A DNA stretch of 64,000 nucleotides from a bacterium. GTDB lineage: Bacteria; Myxococcota_A; Bradymonadia; REDH01. Positions 20,664-30,123 of this stretch are shown one piece after another; the first letter of the stretch is position 1; each line of letters starts with the position of its first letter. The stretch lies in assembly GCA_030427825.1 (NCBI GenBank), contig JAUICO010000002.1:25634-89633 (forward strand), given 5' to 3'. A model generated the notes under the pieces. That model did no database searches, was not told the DNA's origin, and saw only the letters and a program-made list of their open reading frames with translations. Position numbers and translations under genes: made by a program.

Positions 20664-21415
20664 CAGTGTGGGGCGTGGGAATCAGGATCAGCGGAGCCGT
20701 CATCACCGTGTACGTGCGCGTGGTCTTCGTGGTTATCCTCGTTTTCACGACCGAGTAGCCCCTCGATGGCCTCGATCTCACTGCGAAGTGTCTCGGCGTT
20801 AAAACCACCGTAGAGCGAGAACTCCGGATCGAGCTCAAGGACGCGAACAAATGCGTCGCGCGCCTGCGGTAGCACCGAGATGTCGTCGCCGCTGCGCTGG
20901 CCGTAGCAGAAGCCCAGTACGAAGTGCCCGAAGGGGTCGTCGGGGAGGCCTCGGACTGCCAGCTCGGCCTGTTCGAGAGCCTCGGTGTCCATTCCGAGCC
21001 GCTGATAGAGGTACGCCAGCCGAGCGCGCAGCGGACCTGTGGGGTTCCGCTCAACCGCGGCCTTGTAGAAGTCCGCCAGCTCGAAGGTGCGACCCAGTGA
21101 GAAGAACACGAGCTCCATTTCGTGCAGCACCTCAGCGGGCGGATTTCGATCCAGGATCTCTGCGTGGCGCTGTGACACTTCGTTCAGGATCTCAAGGTAA
21201 CGGTCCTCGACGTCCTGCACCTCGTCGTCATTCGACGGAGGTCGCACAAGGTCGCCACGCCACGGCCTGCGGAAGAAGCCGCTGTGGTCGGCCTCACCGG
21301 TAGGGTAAGGCTCGGCGATTCGGTCCCGGCAGGCGGCGAACGAAAGGGCAAGGGTCGCCACGACGGTGAGCGTGATGGTCCGGGCAGGAAGAGAACACGT
21401 CATCAGGTCTCTCAT
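20663..21415 (-). CDS. TPR-repeat lipoprotein with a His/Asp-rich C-terminus
   Basis: Signal peptide plus lipobox (LALSFAAC). TPR-like helices are present, and the C-terminus reads …NEDNHEDHAHVHGDDGSADPDSHAPH. Starting at MRDLMT abuts the folK stop. Confidence 0.55.
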   Translation of the reverse strand: MRDLMTCSLPARTITLTVVATLALSFAACRDRIAEPYPTGEADHSGFFRRPWRGDLVRPPSNDDEVQDVEDRYLEILNEVSQRHAEILDRNPPAEVLHEMELVFFSLGRTFELADFYKAAVERNPTGPLRARLAYLYQRLGMDTEALEQAELAVRGLPDDPFGHFVLGFCYGQRSGDDISVLPQARDAFVRVLELDPEFSLYGGFNAETLRSEIEAIEGLLGRENEDNHEDHAHVHGDDGSADPDSHAPH

Positions 21416-21954
21416 CGCCCATCTCCTGCGGCCCGGCCATCCACGGTGTCTTCGTCCAGGCGCCACACGCCGGGGTCGGCCCCAACGCGCACAACCTGCG
21501 AAAGCAGCTCGGCCATGCTGCGCTGCAGCACGGGGTGTACCCAGTCGGGTCGGAGTTCTGTGGCAGGCAGCAACACGAAGGCGCGTTCGTGCATCCGTGG
21601 GTGCGGAATCGTCAAGCCGTCTTCGACCACGACTCGCGGCCCCGCCGCGACGATGTCCAGGTCCAGCGTTCTGGCGCCGAAGCGGTGCTCGGGATCGCGC
21701 ATTCGTCCGTGTTCGCGTTCAATCCGCATCAGCTCTGCCAGGACTTCGGCCGGCTGCAGGGCGCTGCGGATCTCGATCACGGTGTTCAGGTAGGGCGGCT
21801 GGTCATCGTCGTACATCGGCGCGGACTCGTAGATCGGCGCCATCCGGGCTCCCGGAAAGCGCGCGCTGAGGCTCTCGTATGCTGATCGGATCGCGGCGTG
21901 TCGGTCTCCGAGATTCGCGCCCACGCCGAGCAGGTATGTTGTCGATTCAGCCAA
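21412..21954 (-). CDS. folK: 2-amino-4-hydroxy-6-hydroxymethyldihydropteridine pyrophosphokinase (HPPK)
   Basis: HPPK signatures (…RTLDLDIV…TIPHPRMHERAFVLLP…). 180 aa. Confidence 0.8.
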   Translation of the reverse strand: MAESTTYLLGVGANLGDRHAAIRSAYESLSARFPGARMAPIYESAPMYDDDQPPYLNTVIEIRSALQPAEVLAELMRIEREHGRMRDPEHRFGARTLDLDIVAAGPRVVVEDGLTIPHPRMHERAFVLLPATELRPDWVHPVLQRSMAELLSQVVRVGADPGVWRLDEDTVDGRAAGDGR

Positions 21955-22077
21955 GATGATCCGCGGTATCTGGGGAGGAAGTTCGCAGTGCGCTGAGGGT
22001 TCTCGCCGCAGGCGTCGTCGTTTGACGCCTCAGCGGGGACTCGTTACCTTCTTTCGGCACGGGCGCCGGGAGTTGCA

Positions 22078-22815
22078 GTGGAGCTTTCATACATCGAGTT
22101 TGACGAACGTGTGGACGCGCAACTGGCGCTTGAGAAGCGAGCGCGCAAGGGGCTTCGACGTCGCTTCGACACGCAATTCCAGCGCAGCCGCCTCTATCAC
22201 GAGCTGCATCTCGAAGGCGTCGCTGTCGCGCAGGATGACGTTGAACGAGCTCTGAAGGGTAAAGAGGGGACTGACTACTGTGACGGTGTGCTCCTCGATC
22301 GTGTCCGATGTTTCGACGCCGCGTGGCGCCGAATGGAGGAGGCCCCGGACGCACCCCTCACGATGGAAGTGCTGAAGGAGTACCACACCCTGCTCAATGG
22401 CGCCGAGGACGAGAAGTGTTTGCGCAACAGCGCAGGCGCTACCGAGCAGTATAAGCACGAGGTCGTGGACCCCGAGGGAATCGCCGCATCGGTTGAAGAG
22501 GCGTTGGCGCTGGTCGAAAAGAACAGTCACACGCGGCACCCGATCGAGGCCGCAATCGATCTGCATTTCGCGTTGATTCGCGCCTGGCCTTTCGATACCT
22601 GGAGCGCGGCGATCGCGCGGCTTGCGGCCAACAGGGTACTGCTGCGAAACGAGATCTTTCCTGTAATCATCGCCGCGGATCTGCGGCAGCAATACTACCA
22701 GGCGATGCACTACGACCATACGCGGTTGCGCGACCTCTACATTGAGGCCCTACAATCTCAGCTGGACCTTCGAGAGCGCTTCTTCGGTGCGCCGCGAGCG
22801 GCCGCGCGAGCGTAA
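22078..22815 (+). CDS. Hypothetical protein, Fic/Fido-like with a degenerate motif
   Basis: The region HFALIRAWPFDTWSAAIARL aligns to the Fic core HPFx[DE]GNGRxxRL at the PF and RL positions but lacks DGNGR. The call is inference only. Confidence 0.3.
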   Translation: MELSYIEFDERVDAQLALEKRARKGLRRRFDTQFQRSRLYHELHLEGVAVAQDDVERALKGKEGTDYCDGVLLDRVRCFDAAWRRMEEAPDAPLTMEVLKEYHTLLNGAEDEKCLRNSAGATEQYKHEVVDPEGIAASVEEALALVEKNSHTRHPIEAAIDLHFALIRAWPFDTWSAAIARLAANRVLLRNEIFPVIIAADLRQQYYQAMHYDHTRLRDLYIEALQSQLDLRERFFGAPRAAARA

Positions 22816-22932
22816 GCGGGGCGCCATGCGGGAGCGAATCCCGCCCCGAATCTGCGGCGATCGAAGCCGGACCCGAGTGAACAGTTTCGGGGTCAGATCG
22901 TCGTTGGTAGCAACTGAGTTCTGGATTCCGGC

Positions 22933-23655
22933 ATGATCGTGACTAAGCTGGTGACGCTGGCAAGCACCCATAAGGACGCAGAAATGACCAAATCTTCGAT
23001 GCGCACGGACCGAGTCAATACATGGCGAGGCGAACCGGGCGACGCGATAGAGTTTGCTTCAGGGCTTGAAGTCTCTGTTTTCGCCCGGGCTCAGCTGCCT
23101 ACGCGGCACGGCCAGTTCGAGATCGTGGCTTTTCACAACAACCACGACGCGAAGGACCATGTCGCCTTCGTAAAGGGCGACGTGGTCCGCGGCGAAGGCG
23201 TACGTCTTCGTGTGCACTCTGAGTGCCTCACCGGTGACGTGTTCGGTTCCATCAAGTGTGACTGTCGAGCCCAGCTTGATCGCGCGATCGATGAGCTCGC
23301 GAACCACGAGTCCGGCGTCATCCTATATATGCGGCAGGAAGGCCGTGGCATCGGACTGGCGAACAAGATTAAGGCCTACAGTCTGCAGGATCAGGGCCTC
23401 GACACTGTAGAGGCCAATCTACATCTTGGTTTCGACGACGACCTCCGCGAGTACGACGTCGCCGCTGCGATGGTTCATCTACTCGGCATCGAATCGATCG
23501 AGCTGATGACGAACAATCCGAAGAAGGTGCTCGGACTGAAGCGACACGGCGTCAACGTTCGGGATCGCCGGGCAATACGCACGGCGCCGACGGACTACAA
23601 CGTCGACTATCTGAGGACCAAGCAGGCAAAGTCGGGTCATCTGCTCGATTTCTGA
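22933..23655 (+). CDS. ribA: GTP cyclohydrolase II
   Basis: Zinc and active-site motifs (HSECLTGD…CDCRAQ) and an R/K-rich GTP-binding block. The true start is possibly at MTKSS (22981). Confidence 0.8.
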   Translation: MIVTKLVTLASTHKDAEMTKSSMRTDRVNTWRGEPGDAIEFASGLEVSVFARAQLPTRHGQFEIVAFHNNHDAKDHVAFVKGDVVRGEGVRLRVHSECLTGDVFGSIKCDCRAQLDRAIDELANHESGVILYMRQEGRGIGLANKIKAYSLQDQGLDTVEANLHLGFDDDLREYDVAAAMVHLLGIESIELMTNNPKKVLGLKRHGVNVRDRRAIRTAPTDYNVDYLRTKQAKSGHLLDF

Positions 23656-23682
23656 ACCCGTGTGTCGACGGGTCTGACCGGC

Positions 23683-25287
23683 TCAGACGATGTGCACGAC
23701 CGCGTCGATGACGGGTTTTCGTCCGGTCTCGTTCTTGAAAAGACGTCGCAGCGCGACTCGTATCGCCTCAGCGCAGAGTGCGCTGTCTGTACGAGCGGTG
23801 CGATTCAGAGCCCGGATCGCGTCGGAGGCTGCGTGGCGGGCATCGGCCAGAATCTCCCGTCCGTCTTCGTCTTCTTCGAGGACTCCGCGGTGCAGCACGA
23901 TGGGCTTGGCCAGAATCTTGCCCGAACGGCGGCTGATCACGACCGACACGGTCACAGAGCCTGAGCGGGCGAGCTGACGCCGTTGTCGGAAGGCTTCCCC
24001 GTCGAAAGCGCTCAGGGGGCTGCCGTCGACCAGAATGCGCGCCGTTTCGATCTCAGCGATGCGGCGGGTGTGCTCCGCTGTAAACTCCAGCATTTCGCCG
24101 TTCTCGAGCACATGCGCCCTGGCGCCTGCTTCGGCGCCGAGCCGGGCGTGCTCGGTGAGAAAGCGGTGGTCGCCATGGACGGGGACGAGCTCGGCAGGCT
24201 GCACGAAGGAGAGCATCTCCCGCAGCTCGTCGGCCTTCGCGTGACCCGAGCAGTGCACCGGATGCGTGACCGGCGTGATCACGCGCATGCCGCGGCGGGA
24301 GAGCTGATCGTAGATGCGAAAGCGATACTGCTCATTGCCGGGGATGATGCGCGCGCTGAAGACGATGGTGTCGTCGTCTTTGAGCTTTGCATGGGGGAAC
24401 TCGTCGAAGGCGAGACGGCTGAGAGCGGCGCGCGGCTCGCCCTGGGTACCCGTGCAACACGCGATGATGCGGTCATTCGGGTAGTCGTCCATCTCGCTGG
24501 TATCGACGATCAGGTCGTTTCGCCCGACCCTGAGCAGGCCCATGTCGCGGGCGATGCGCACGGCGTTGCGCAGACTGCGTCCCATGAAGGCGACGTGCCG
24601 CCCGGTCTCGACGCCGATGTTGAGGAGCGCCTGCACGCGGTGCAGGTTGCTGCTGAACATGCCCACAAGGACCCTTCCCTCGGCTTCGCTGACGACCTCG
24701 GCGAGGGCCTCCATCGCGTCCGACTCGGAGCGTGTGCGCCCGGGAACCTGCGAGTTTGTGGAGTCGGAGAAGAGGGCACGTACGCCCTCGGCACCGATCG
24801 CACGGAAGGGCTCAGCGTCAAAGGCCGGGCCCAGCAGCGGACGGTCGTCGATCTTGAAATCGGCGGTGTGCAGGAATGTGCCGACTTCGGTGTCGATACG
24901 CACTGCGAAGGTGTCCGGCACGCTGTGGGTCACGGGCACGAAGCTGAGGTCGAAGGTCTTCAGCTCGATGTGGCTGTGCTCGTCGTATTCGATCAGGTCC
25001 ACGTCATCTTCGAGGCCGCGTTCTGCCAGCGAGCGCCGGATCAGAGCGGCGGCGAAGCGCGGCGCGTACACCGGCACGTCGTACATTTCGCAGAACCAGG
25101 GGACCGCGCCGATGTGGTCCATATGCCCGTGCGTGACCACGAGCGCGTCGACACGGTTGATGATCTCGTCGATGATCTCGAAGTCCGGGATGATGACGTC
25201 GATCCCGTAGTGGTGACTTTCGGGAAAGGTCACCCCGCACTCGAACATGATGTAGCGCCCGTCCGCCTCGAAGAGCGCGCAGTTCAT
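23683..25287 (-). CDS. rnj: Ribonuclease J (MBL/beta-CASP RNase)
   Basis: HGHMDHIGAVPWF metallo-beta-lactamase motif, followed by a beta-CASP and C-terminal domain. 534 aa. Confidence 0.85.
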   Translation of the reverse strand: MNCALFEADGRYIMFECGVTFPESHHYGIDVIIPDFEIIDEIINRVDALVVTHGHMDHIGAVPWFCEMYDVPVYAPRFAAALIRRSLAERGLEDDVDLIEYDEHSHIELKTFDLSFVPVTHSVPDTFAVRIDTEVGTFLHTADFKIDDRPLLGPAFDAEPFRAIGAEGVRALFSDSTNSQVPGRTRSESDAMEALAEVVSEAEGRVLVGMFSSNLHRVQALLNIGVETGRHVAFMGRSLRNAVRIARDMGLLRVGRNDLIVDTSEMDDYPNDRIIACCTGTQGEPRAALSRLAFDEFPHAKLKDDDTIVFSARIIPGNEQYRFRIYDQLSRRGMRVITPVTHPVHCSGHAKADELREMLSFVQPAELVPVHGDHRFLTEHARLGAEAGARAHVLENGEMLEFTAEHTRRIAEIETARILVDGSPLSAFDGEAFRQRRQLARSGSVTVSVVISRRSGKILAKPIVLHRGVLEEDEDGREILADARHAASDAIRALNRTARTDSALCAEAIRVALRRLFKNETGRKPVIDAVVHIV

Positions 25288-25361
25288 TCCTACCTCGCCG
25301 AGCCCTCCGAGGGCGACGAAACGAAAGTAGGGCTCATCAAGGGCCTCTGGAAATACGTGTC

Positions 25362-25670
25362 TCAGAGGTACTTACGCGAGTCGCCCGCCTGATGGACGGC
25401 TTCGGTGACGCGACCTTTCAGCCGCGATTTCTTCCGGTATCCACCCTCTTCGAGCAGCTGGAGTCGCTTCTTTCGGGCTTCAGCGCTGTTCGTGAGGTCG
25501 GCGCCGAACTCTTCGATCAGCGCGGCTTCAATGTGCTGCGGGATGTCGATATTCGAAGCCTTGTACGCCTCGCAGATCGGACACTCCATCGACGGCTGGC
25601 CGCCCTTGAGCGTGAAGCCGCAGCTGCCGCAGCACCAGATCAACGATTGCATGTACACACCAGCCTTCAT
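25362..25670 (-). CDS. Small zinc-ribbon protein (CxxC…CxxC)
   Basis: MKAGVYMQSLIWCCGSCGF…MECPICEAY. GGAG sits 8 nt upstream of the ATG at 25670. The N-terminal extension in the track is low-complexity and probably non-coding. Confidence 0.4.
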   Translation of the reverse strand: MKAGVYMQSLIWCCGSCGFTLKGGQPSMECPICEAYKASNIDIPQHIEAALIEEFGADLTNSAEARKKRLQLLEEGGYRKKSRLKGRVTEAVHQAGDSRKYL

Positions 25671-25993
25671 CAACGACTCCACTCGCAACCCTGAAGATGG
25701 GCGTGTCGATAAACGAGACCTGTAGCGCAGACAAGGGGCGCGAGGGCCATATCGACGCGATTCTGCGTAATTCCGGCGGGGAGATGCGAGACTCCGTCTC
25801 GCGCTCTGCCAAAGGGATGTTCGCCTGCGGCGACCACCGCTACCGCCCTCTTCGCCTTGCCGCCGGCAACGCTCTTCGGTTGCTCCTTTGGAATCCCGGC
25901 GGAAAGCTGCGCTTTCCTTTAGGCGGTGGATTCTTCGATTGGTGACGATCACACTCGTTCGCGAGCCTGGCGTTACTGCAGGCTCAGGTGATC

Positions 25994-26863
25994 TCAGACC
26001 CGCTTGATGTAGCGATTCAGCAGTAGGCCGGTTCGCTCCCACTCTGAGTCCGGAATCACGTCCGGCCGCGTCATGATCGCGTGCTCAAGGGCGCGCGACG
26101 CTTCGCATTCCTCTTCCTGACCGACGGGGATCATCGGAATCACACGGCGCAACAGCTCCTGCACGTTAGCGGTGTTTGCGCCGACATTTGCCATCACGTC
26201 GTGCACGTCGACGTGGTCGTCGTCGCGCCACACGTCATAGTCCGTGGCCAGGCAGACGCCGCCGTAGCACATCTCGGCCTCACGACAGAGTTTGGCTTCG
26301 GGGACTGCCGTCATTCCTATCAGGCTGGCGCCCCAGGAGCGGTGCAGATTCGATTCTGCGCGGGTGCTGAAGAGCGGCCCCTCCATGCAGACGTAGGTGC
26401 CGCCGTCGTGTGTTTTCACGTCGAGGCCGGCCGCCGCTTCGAGAAGCAGCTTTCGCATATCCGGGTGGTACGGGAACGAAAAGCCGGCGTGCACAGCGAT
26501 CTCGTCGAAGAAGGTGTTTACGCGGCTGCGGGTGCGGTCGATGATCTGATCGGGGATCACGAAGTCGCGCGGCACAATTTCTTCACGAAGCGAACCGACG
26601 GCGGTCACAGCGATGGTCCAGAACACCCCCAGGGACTTGAGCGCCCAGATGTTTGCGCGCACCGGGATCTCGGTCGGGTTGTACCGGTGCCCGCGTCCGT
26701 GGCGCGGCAGGAAGGCGATTTTGCGGCCGGCGAGCCTGCCGATGATGATGGCGTCTGAGGGGGCCCCGAAGGGCGTGTCGATTACGCGCTCTTCGATGAC
26801 CTCGAGGTCATTCATCCCGTAGAGCCCGCTGCCGCCGATTACGCCGATCTTGATCTCATCCAT
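25994..26863 (-). CDS. mtnP: S-methyl-5'-thioadenosine phosphorylase
   Basis: MDEIKIGVIGGSGLY… and PNP/MTAP-family blocks. 289 aa. Confidence 0.85.
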   Translation of the reverse strand: MDEIKIGVIGGSGLYGMNDLEVIEERVIDTPFGAPSDAIIIGRLAGRKIAFLPRHGRGHRYNPTEIPVRANIWALKSLGVFWTIAVTAVGSLREEIVPRDFVIPDQIIDRTRSRVNTFFDEIAVHAGFSFPYHPDMRKLLLEAAAGLDVKTHDGGTYVCMEGPLFSTRAESNLHRSWGASLIGMTAVPEAKLCREAEMCYGGVCLATDYDVWRDDDHVDVHDVMANVGANTANVQELLRRVIPMIPVGQEEECEASRALEHAIMTRPDVIPDSEWERTGLLLNRYIKRV

Positions 26864-27110
26864 CGCCCGTCTTCTCCGTGTCGTTGGGAACGCCGGGGCG
26901 AATAGCGTGGCCTCAGATCGGCGTACAGAGTCTATTGCGGCGGCCTCACAGAGGACTTACAATTCAGGGGTGAATTCGGGCTGCGGTGTTCGTCGCATCC
27001 ACGGAATTTGTCCCGCCCTTTATTTCTCCGAAAGGGGGCCGAGGTGTCTGGTCTGGTGAGCATGCCCACCGTTGTAGTGGGACGCCTAAAGGGCCGCCGA
27101 CGCTCCCACC

Positions 27111-30053
27111 TTACATGAGTAAGGTCGGGTCATTCCGAATAACCGACGGCACTTGCGGCTCGTTTTCCGTTTTTGCGGCGGCTCCGGCTGCCGAGCGGAC
27201 GGCATTTCGGTGCGCCAGCACTTCCTCTGCGGTACGTGTTGCCGGGGCAGATCCTTCGCCGACCGTGATCGGATCGACATCGCCGTCGTCAGTGCGTAGC
27301 ACACCGGCCAGGCGTGCCATCGCCAGCGGCTCGGGCAGGTTGTCGCCGCCGAGGACCGCCGCGGCGGCCTCCTGCGGCTTGAGCGTTGCCTCGTTGTCGA
27401 AGCGAATCCGAAGGCGAAGACCGACCAGGGTCGGGTCAATGCCGGCCCAGTCGGGGAGCTCTGCGGCGTCAAAGGGAGACACCGAGAGCAGCACCTCACG
27501 CAGGTCCAGTGTGCGCGACTTCTTCTTGCGCAGAATCGTTACCGGAACGCTGTCCGTCGCGGCGATCGTTTCGATGCGTTCCTTCACCCGCGCCCGTAGC
27601 ACGGTCATCTCAGTGGTGCCGGCCCACGCGAGCAGGTCGGAGCGCTCCCAGAGCACGGCGTAGTCAAAGGCGTTGATGCTATGGCTCAGGGCCGTCAGCG
27701 CTCCGTTCAGGCGACGGACACCGGTGACGATGAAGCCGTCTGCTGCGGCCGCGTTGAGTCCTTCGAGCAGAACCTGCGCCTCGACCTCCTCACAGAGCGC
27801 GACGTCGACGTACTCACCGAGCGCGATCGTACCCAGTGAAAGCGCGGTTCCAAACATCATGACGGGCTTGGGCGAGAACCCCTGGCTGTACCAGGGCTCG
27901 TATCCCGCGCGTCGCAGCATGCGGGGCACGACACGCACCATGTCCAGATGGCCACGCAGGGCAACGGCGCCGGTGCGCGCGTATCGCAGACGGTAGAAGC
28001 GCTTTTCGCCCTGGTCGAAGTCGTGAGGCGAGAGCCCCTGCTTCATTCGTTCTTTCGCCGTCGCAACCACGGTGCGCCTTTCGTCACGCTGCGGCGGTCG
28101 CTCGGCCCCCATCTTTTCGAGAAAGTCCAAGCGTTCCTGACGCATCCCGCTCATGTCGCAGGCGATGCCGCAATTGTAGCACACAAGTTTGCGGGCGTCG
28201 GCGTTGGCATCCTCAAGATTTGTGTGGTGCACTTTCGCACCCACCGGCTTGCCGCAGGGGGGACTGAGCCGGCTCTTCACAGCGCGCTGGTATTCGCGCC
28301 GCAGAAATCCGTCTTTGAGTCCCACGTCGATGTGGTCCCATGGCAGCTTTCCGTCGACCGGCAGGGTGTCGAGAAATACGCGTCGTTCGATGCCCTCTGC
28401 TTCTTCCCACTCGTCGAGGGCTGCGTACCAGGCGTCCTTGTTCAGCTTCTCATCCCAGCTGTCGAAGCGTGCGCCCTTGCGCCAGGCCAGCTCGATCAGG
28501 TCACCGACCCGGCGGTCACCGCGCGCGATGATACCTTCGAGGTGCGACACGTGCATGTCATGGCGCCTGAACGCGAAGCCGTCCTTGCGCGACCGGAAGA
28601 GAAGGAATCGTTGTTTGCGATCGATCTCTTCCTTGGTGTCCATCCGAGCCCACTGGAAGGGCGTGTGTGGTTTGGGCACGTGACTTGATACCGACACAGT
28701 CACTTTCGTGGCGCCGGAGTACTTGCGTCCGATGCGCAGCGCCTGCAGGCCCATCTCGGCGACGCCTTCGACGTCTTCGTCCTCCTCGGTCGGCAGCCCG
28801 ATGATGAAGTAGAGCTTCATTCGTCGCCATCCGCGTGAGAACACACGGTGACACGTCGTGAAGATGTCTTCTTCGCTGATGTTCTTGTTGATAACATCGC
28901 GCATTCGCTGGGTGCCGGCTTCCGGGGCAAAGGTGAGCCCGGTCGCCTTCACGCTCTGAATGTCATCCAACAGGTCTTCGTCGAGTCCATACGCGCGCAG
29001 GCTCGAGATCCCGAGTGACACCTTGCGCTCACGCAGCTCGTCCATGAGCTGTTTGACCAGCGGCGACACACACGAGAAGTCTGCTGTTGAGAGCGCGGTG
29101 AGCGAGGCCTCGTCGTAGCCGCCGGTGTCCACCGCCGAGAGTACGGTGTCGATGATTTGTTTGGGATCGCGCTCGCGCACAGGGCGGTAGATCATCCCGG
29201 CCTGGCAGAATCGGCACCCTTCGGTACAGCCCCGCGCGATCTCCACGGACATGCGATCGAAGATCGCTTCGGCGACGGCCACCGGCGAGTCGCTGGGGAA
29301 AGCAAACTTGTTGATGTCATCCAGCAGCACGCGCTCGACTCGAGCGGGGACGCGCGCATCGACGGTACCGTCGACATACATCAGGTCAGACCGTTCGCAC
29401 TTTGCAGTGGTGTAGAGCGAGGGACAATAGACGCCGCCACCGGCTGCAAGCTCGATCAGGATCTCCTTTCGGCTGCGACCACCCTCAGCTTTCAGTTCTG
29501 CGTATTGCGTCAGCAGCTGCGGCAGGCGCTCCTCGGCGTCACCGATCAGGAAGGCGTCGATGAAAGGCGCGATCGGCTCCGGGTGCGTACACGTCGGACC
29601 GCCGGCCATGATCAACGGGTCATCCAGGCTGCGGTCATCGGTACGCAGGGGAATCCCGCCGAGATCGAGCATCGTCAGAACATTCGTGAAGGTCATCTCG
29701 TACTGCAGCGAGAAGCCCACAACGTCGAAGTCCTTCAGCGATCGGTGGTTTTCCAGACTGAGCAACGGCAGGTTTCTGGCGCGCAGCTCTTCCTCCATGT
29801 CCGGCCAGGGGCAGAACACGCGTTCCATGAGAAGGTGCTCGTGATTGTTGATCACGGAGTAGAGGATCTTGGTCCCCATGTGGCTCATCCCGATGTCGTA
29901 GAGATCGGGAAAGCCCATGCAGAAGCGGCAGTCGACGGAGTCCCAGGCCTTGCGAACCTGGTTGTATTCGCCGCCGAGGTAACGCGCCGGCTTCTGCACC
30001 CCTTTTACGAAGGAGGCATAGGGGTGGATATAGTTCTGCTCGGAGATCGTCAT
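27111..30053 (-). CDS. B12-binding-domain radical SAM protein (TIGR03960-like) fused to a DUF2344-like C-terminal domain
   Basis: 980 aa. Radical SAM CxxxCxxC (CTEGCRFCQAG) occurs at about residue 270. The N-terminal B12-binding-like region and the long C-terminal extension match the architecture I recall for this fused family. Confidence 0.7.
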   Translation of the reverse strand: MTISEQNYIHPYASFVKGVQKPARYLGGEYNQVRKAWDSVDCRFCMGFPDLYDIGMSHMGTKILYSVINNHEHLLMERVFCPWPDMEEELRARNLPLLSLENHRSLKDFDVVGFSLQYEMTFTNVLTMLDLGGIPLRTDDRSLDDPLIMAGGPTCTHPEPIAPFIDAFLIGDAEERLPQLLTQYAELKAEGGRSRKEILIELAAGGGVYCPSLYTTAKCERSDLMYVDGTVDARVPARVERVLLDDINKFAFPSDSPVAVAEAIFDRMSVEIARGCTEGCRFCQAGMIYRPVRERDPKQIIDTVLSAVDTGGYDEASLTALSTADFSCVSPLVKQLMDELRERKVSLGISSLRAYGLDEDLLDDIQSVKATGLTFAPEAGTQRMRDVINKNISEEDIFTTCHRVFSRGWRRMKLYFIIGLPTEEDEDVEGVAEMGLQALRIGRKYSGATKVTVSVSSHVPKPHTPFQWARMDTKEEIDRKQRFLLFRSRKDGFAFRRHDMHVSHLEGIIARGDRRVGDLIELAWRKGARFDSWDEKLNKDAWYAALDEWEEAEGIERRVFLDTLPVDGKLPWDHIDVGLKDGFLRREYQRAVKSRLSPPCGKPVGAKVHHTNLEDANADARKLVCYNCGIACDMSGMRQERLDFLEKMGAERPPQRDERRTVVATAKERMKQGLSPHDFDQGEKRFYRLRYARTGAVALRGHLDMVRVVPRMLRRAGYEPWYSQGFSPKPVMMFGTALSLGTIALGEYVDVALCEEVEAQVLLEGLNAAAADGFIVTGVRRLNGALTALSHSINAFDYAVLWERSDLLAWAGTTEMTVLRARVKERIETIAATDSVPVTILRKKKSRTLDLREVLLSVSPFDAAELPDWAGIDPTLVGLRLRIRFDNEATLKPQEAAAAVLGGDNLPEPLAMARLAGVLRTDDGDVDPITVGEGSAPATRTAEEVLAHRNAVRSAAGAAAKTENEPQVPSVIRNDPTLLM

Positions 30054-30123
30054 CGAAACTCATTCGCGGTTGCCGAAGGACAGACCCTTACAGCACAGCC
30101 GGCGAAGCGAGGCAAACGAAGAC

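Noticed and set aside
27013-27040. Hairpin CCCGCCCTTT-atttctccg-AAAGGGGGC downstream of the large radical SAM gene
   Set aside because: It could be a terminator, but no U-tract follows on the relevant (minus) strand, so the support is too weak to call.
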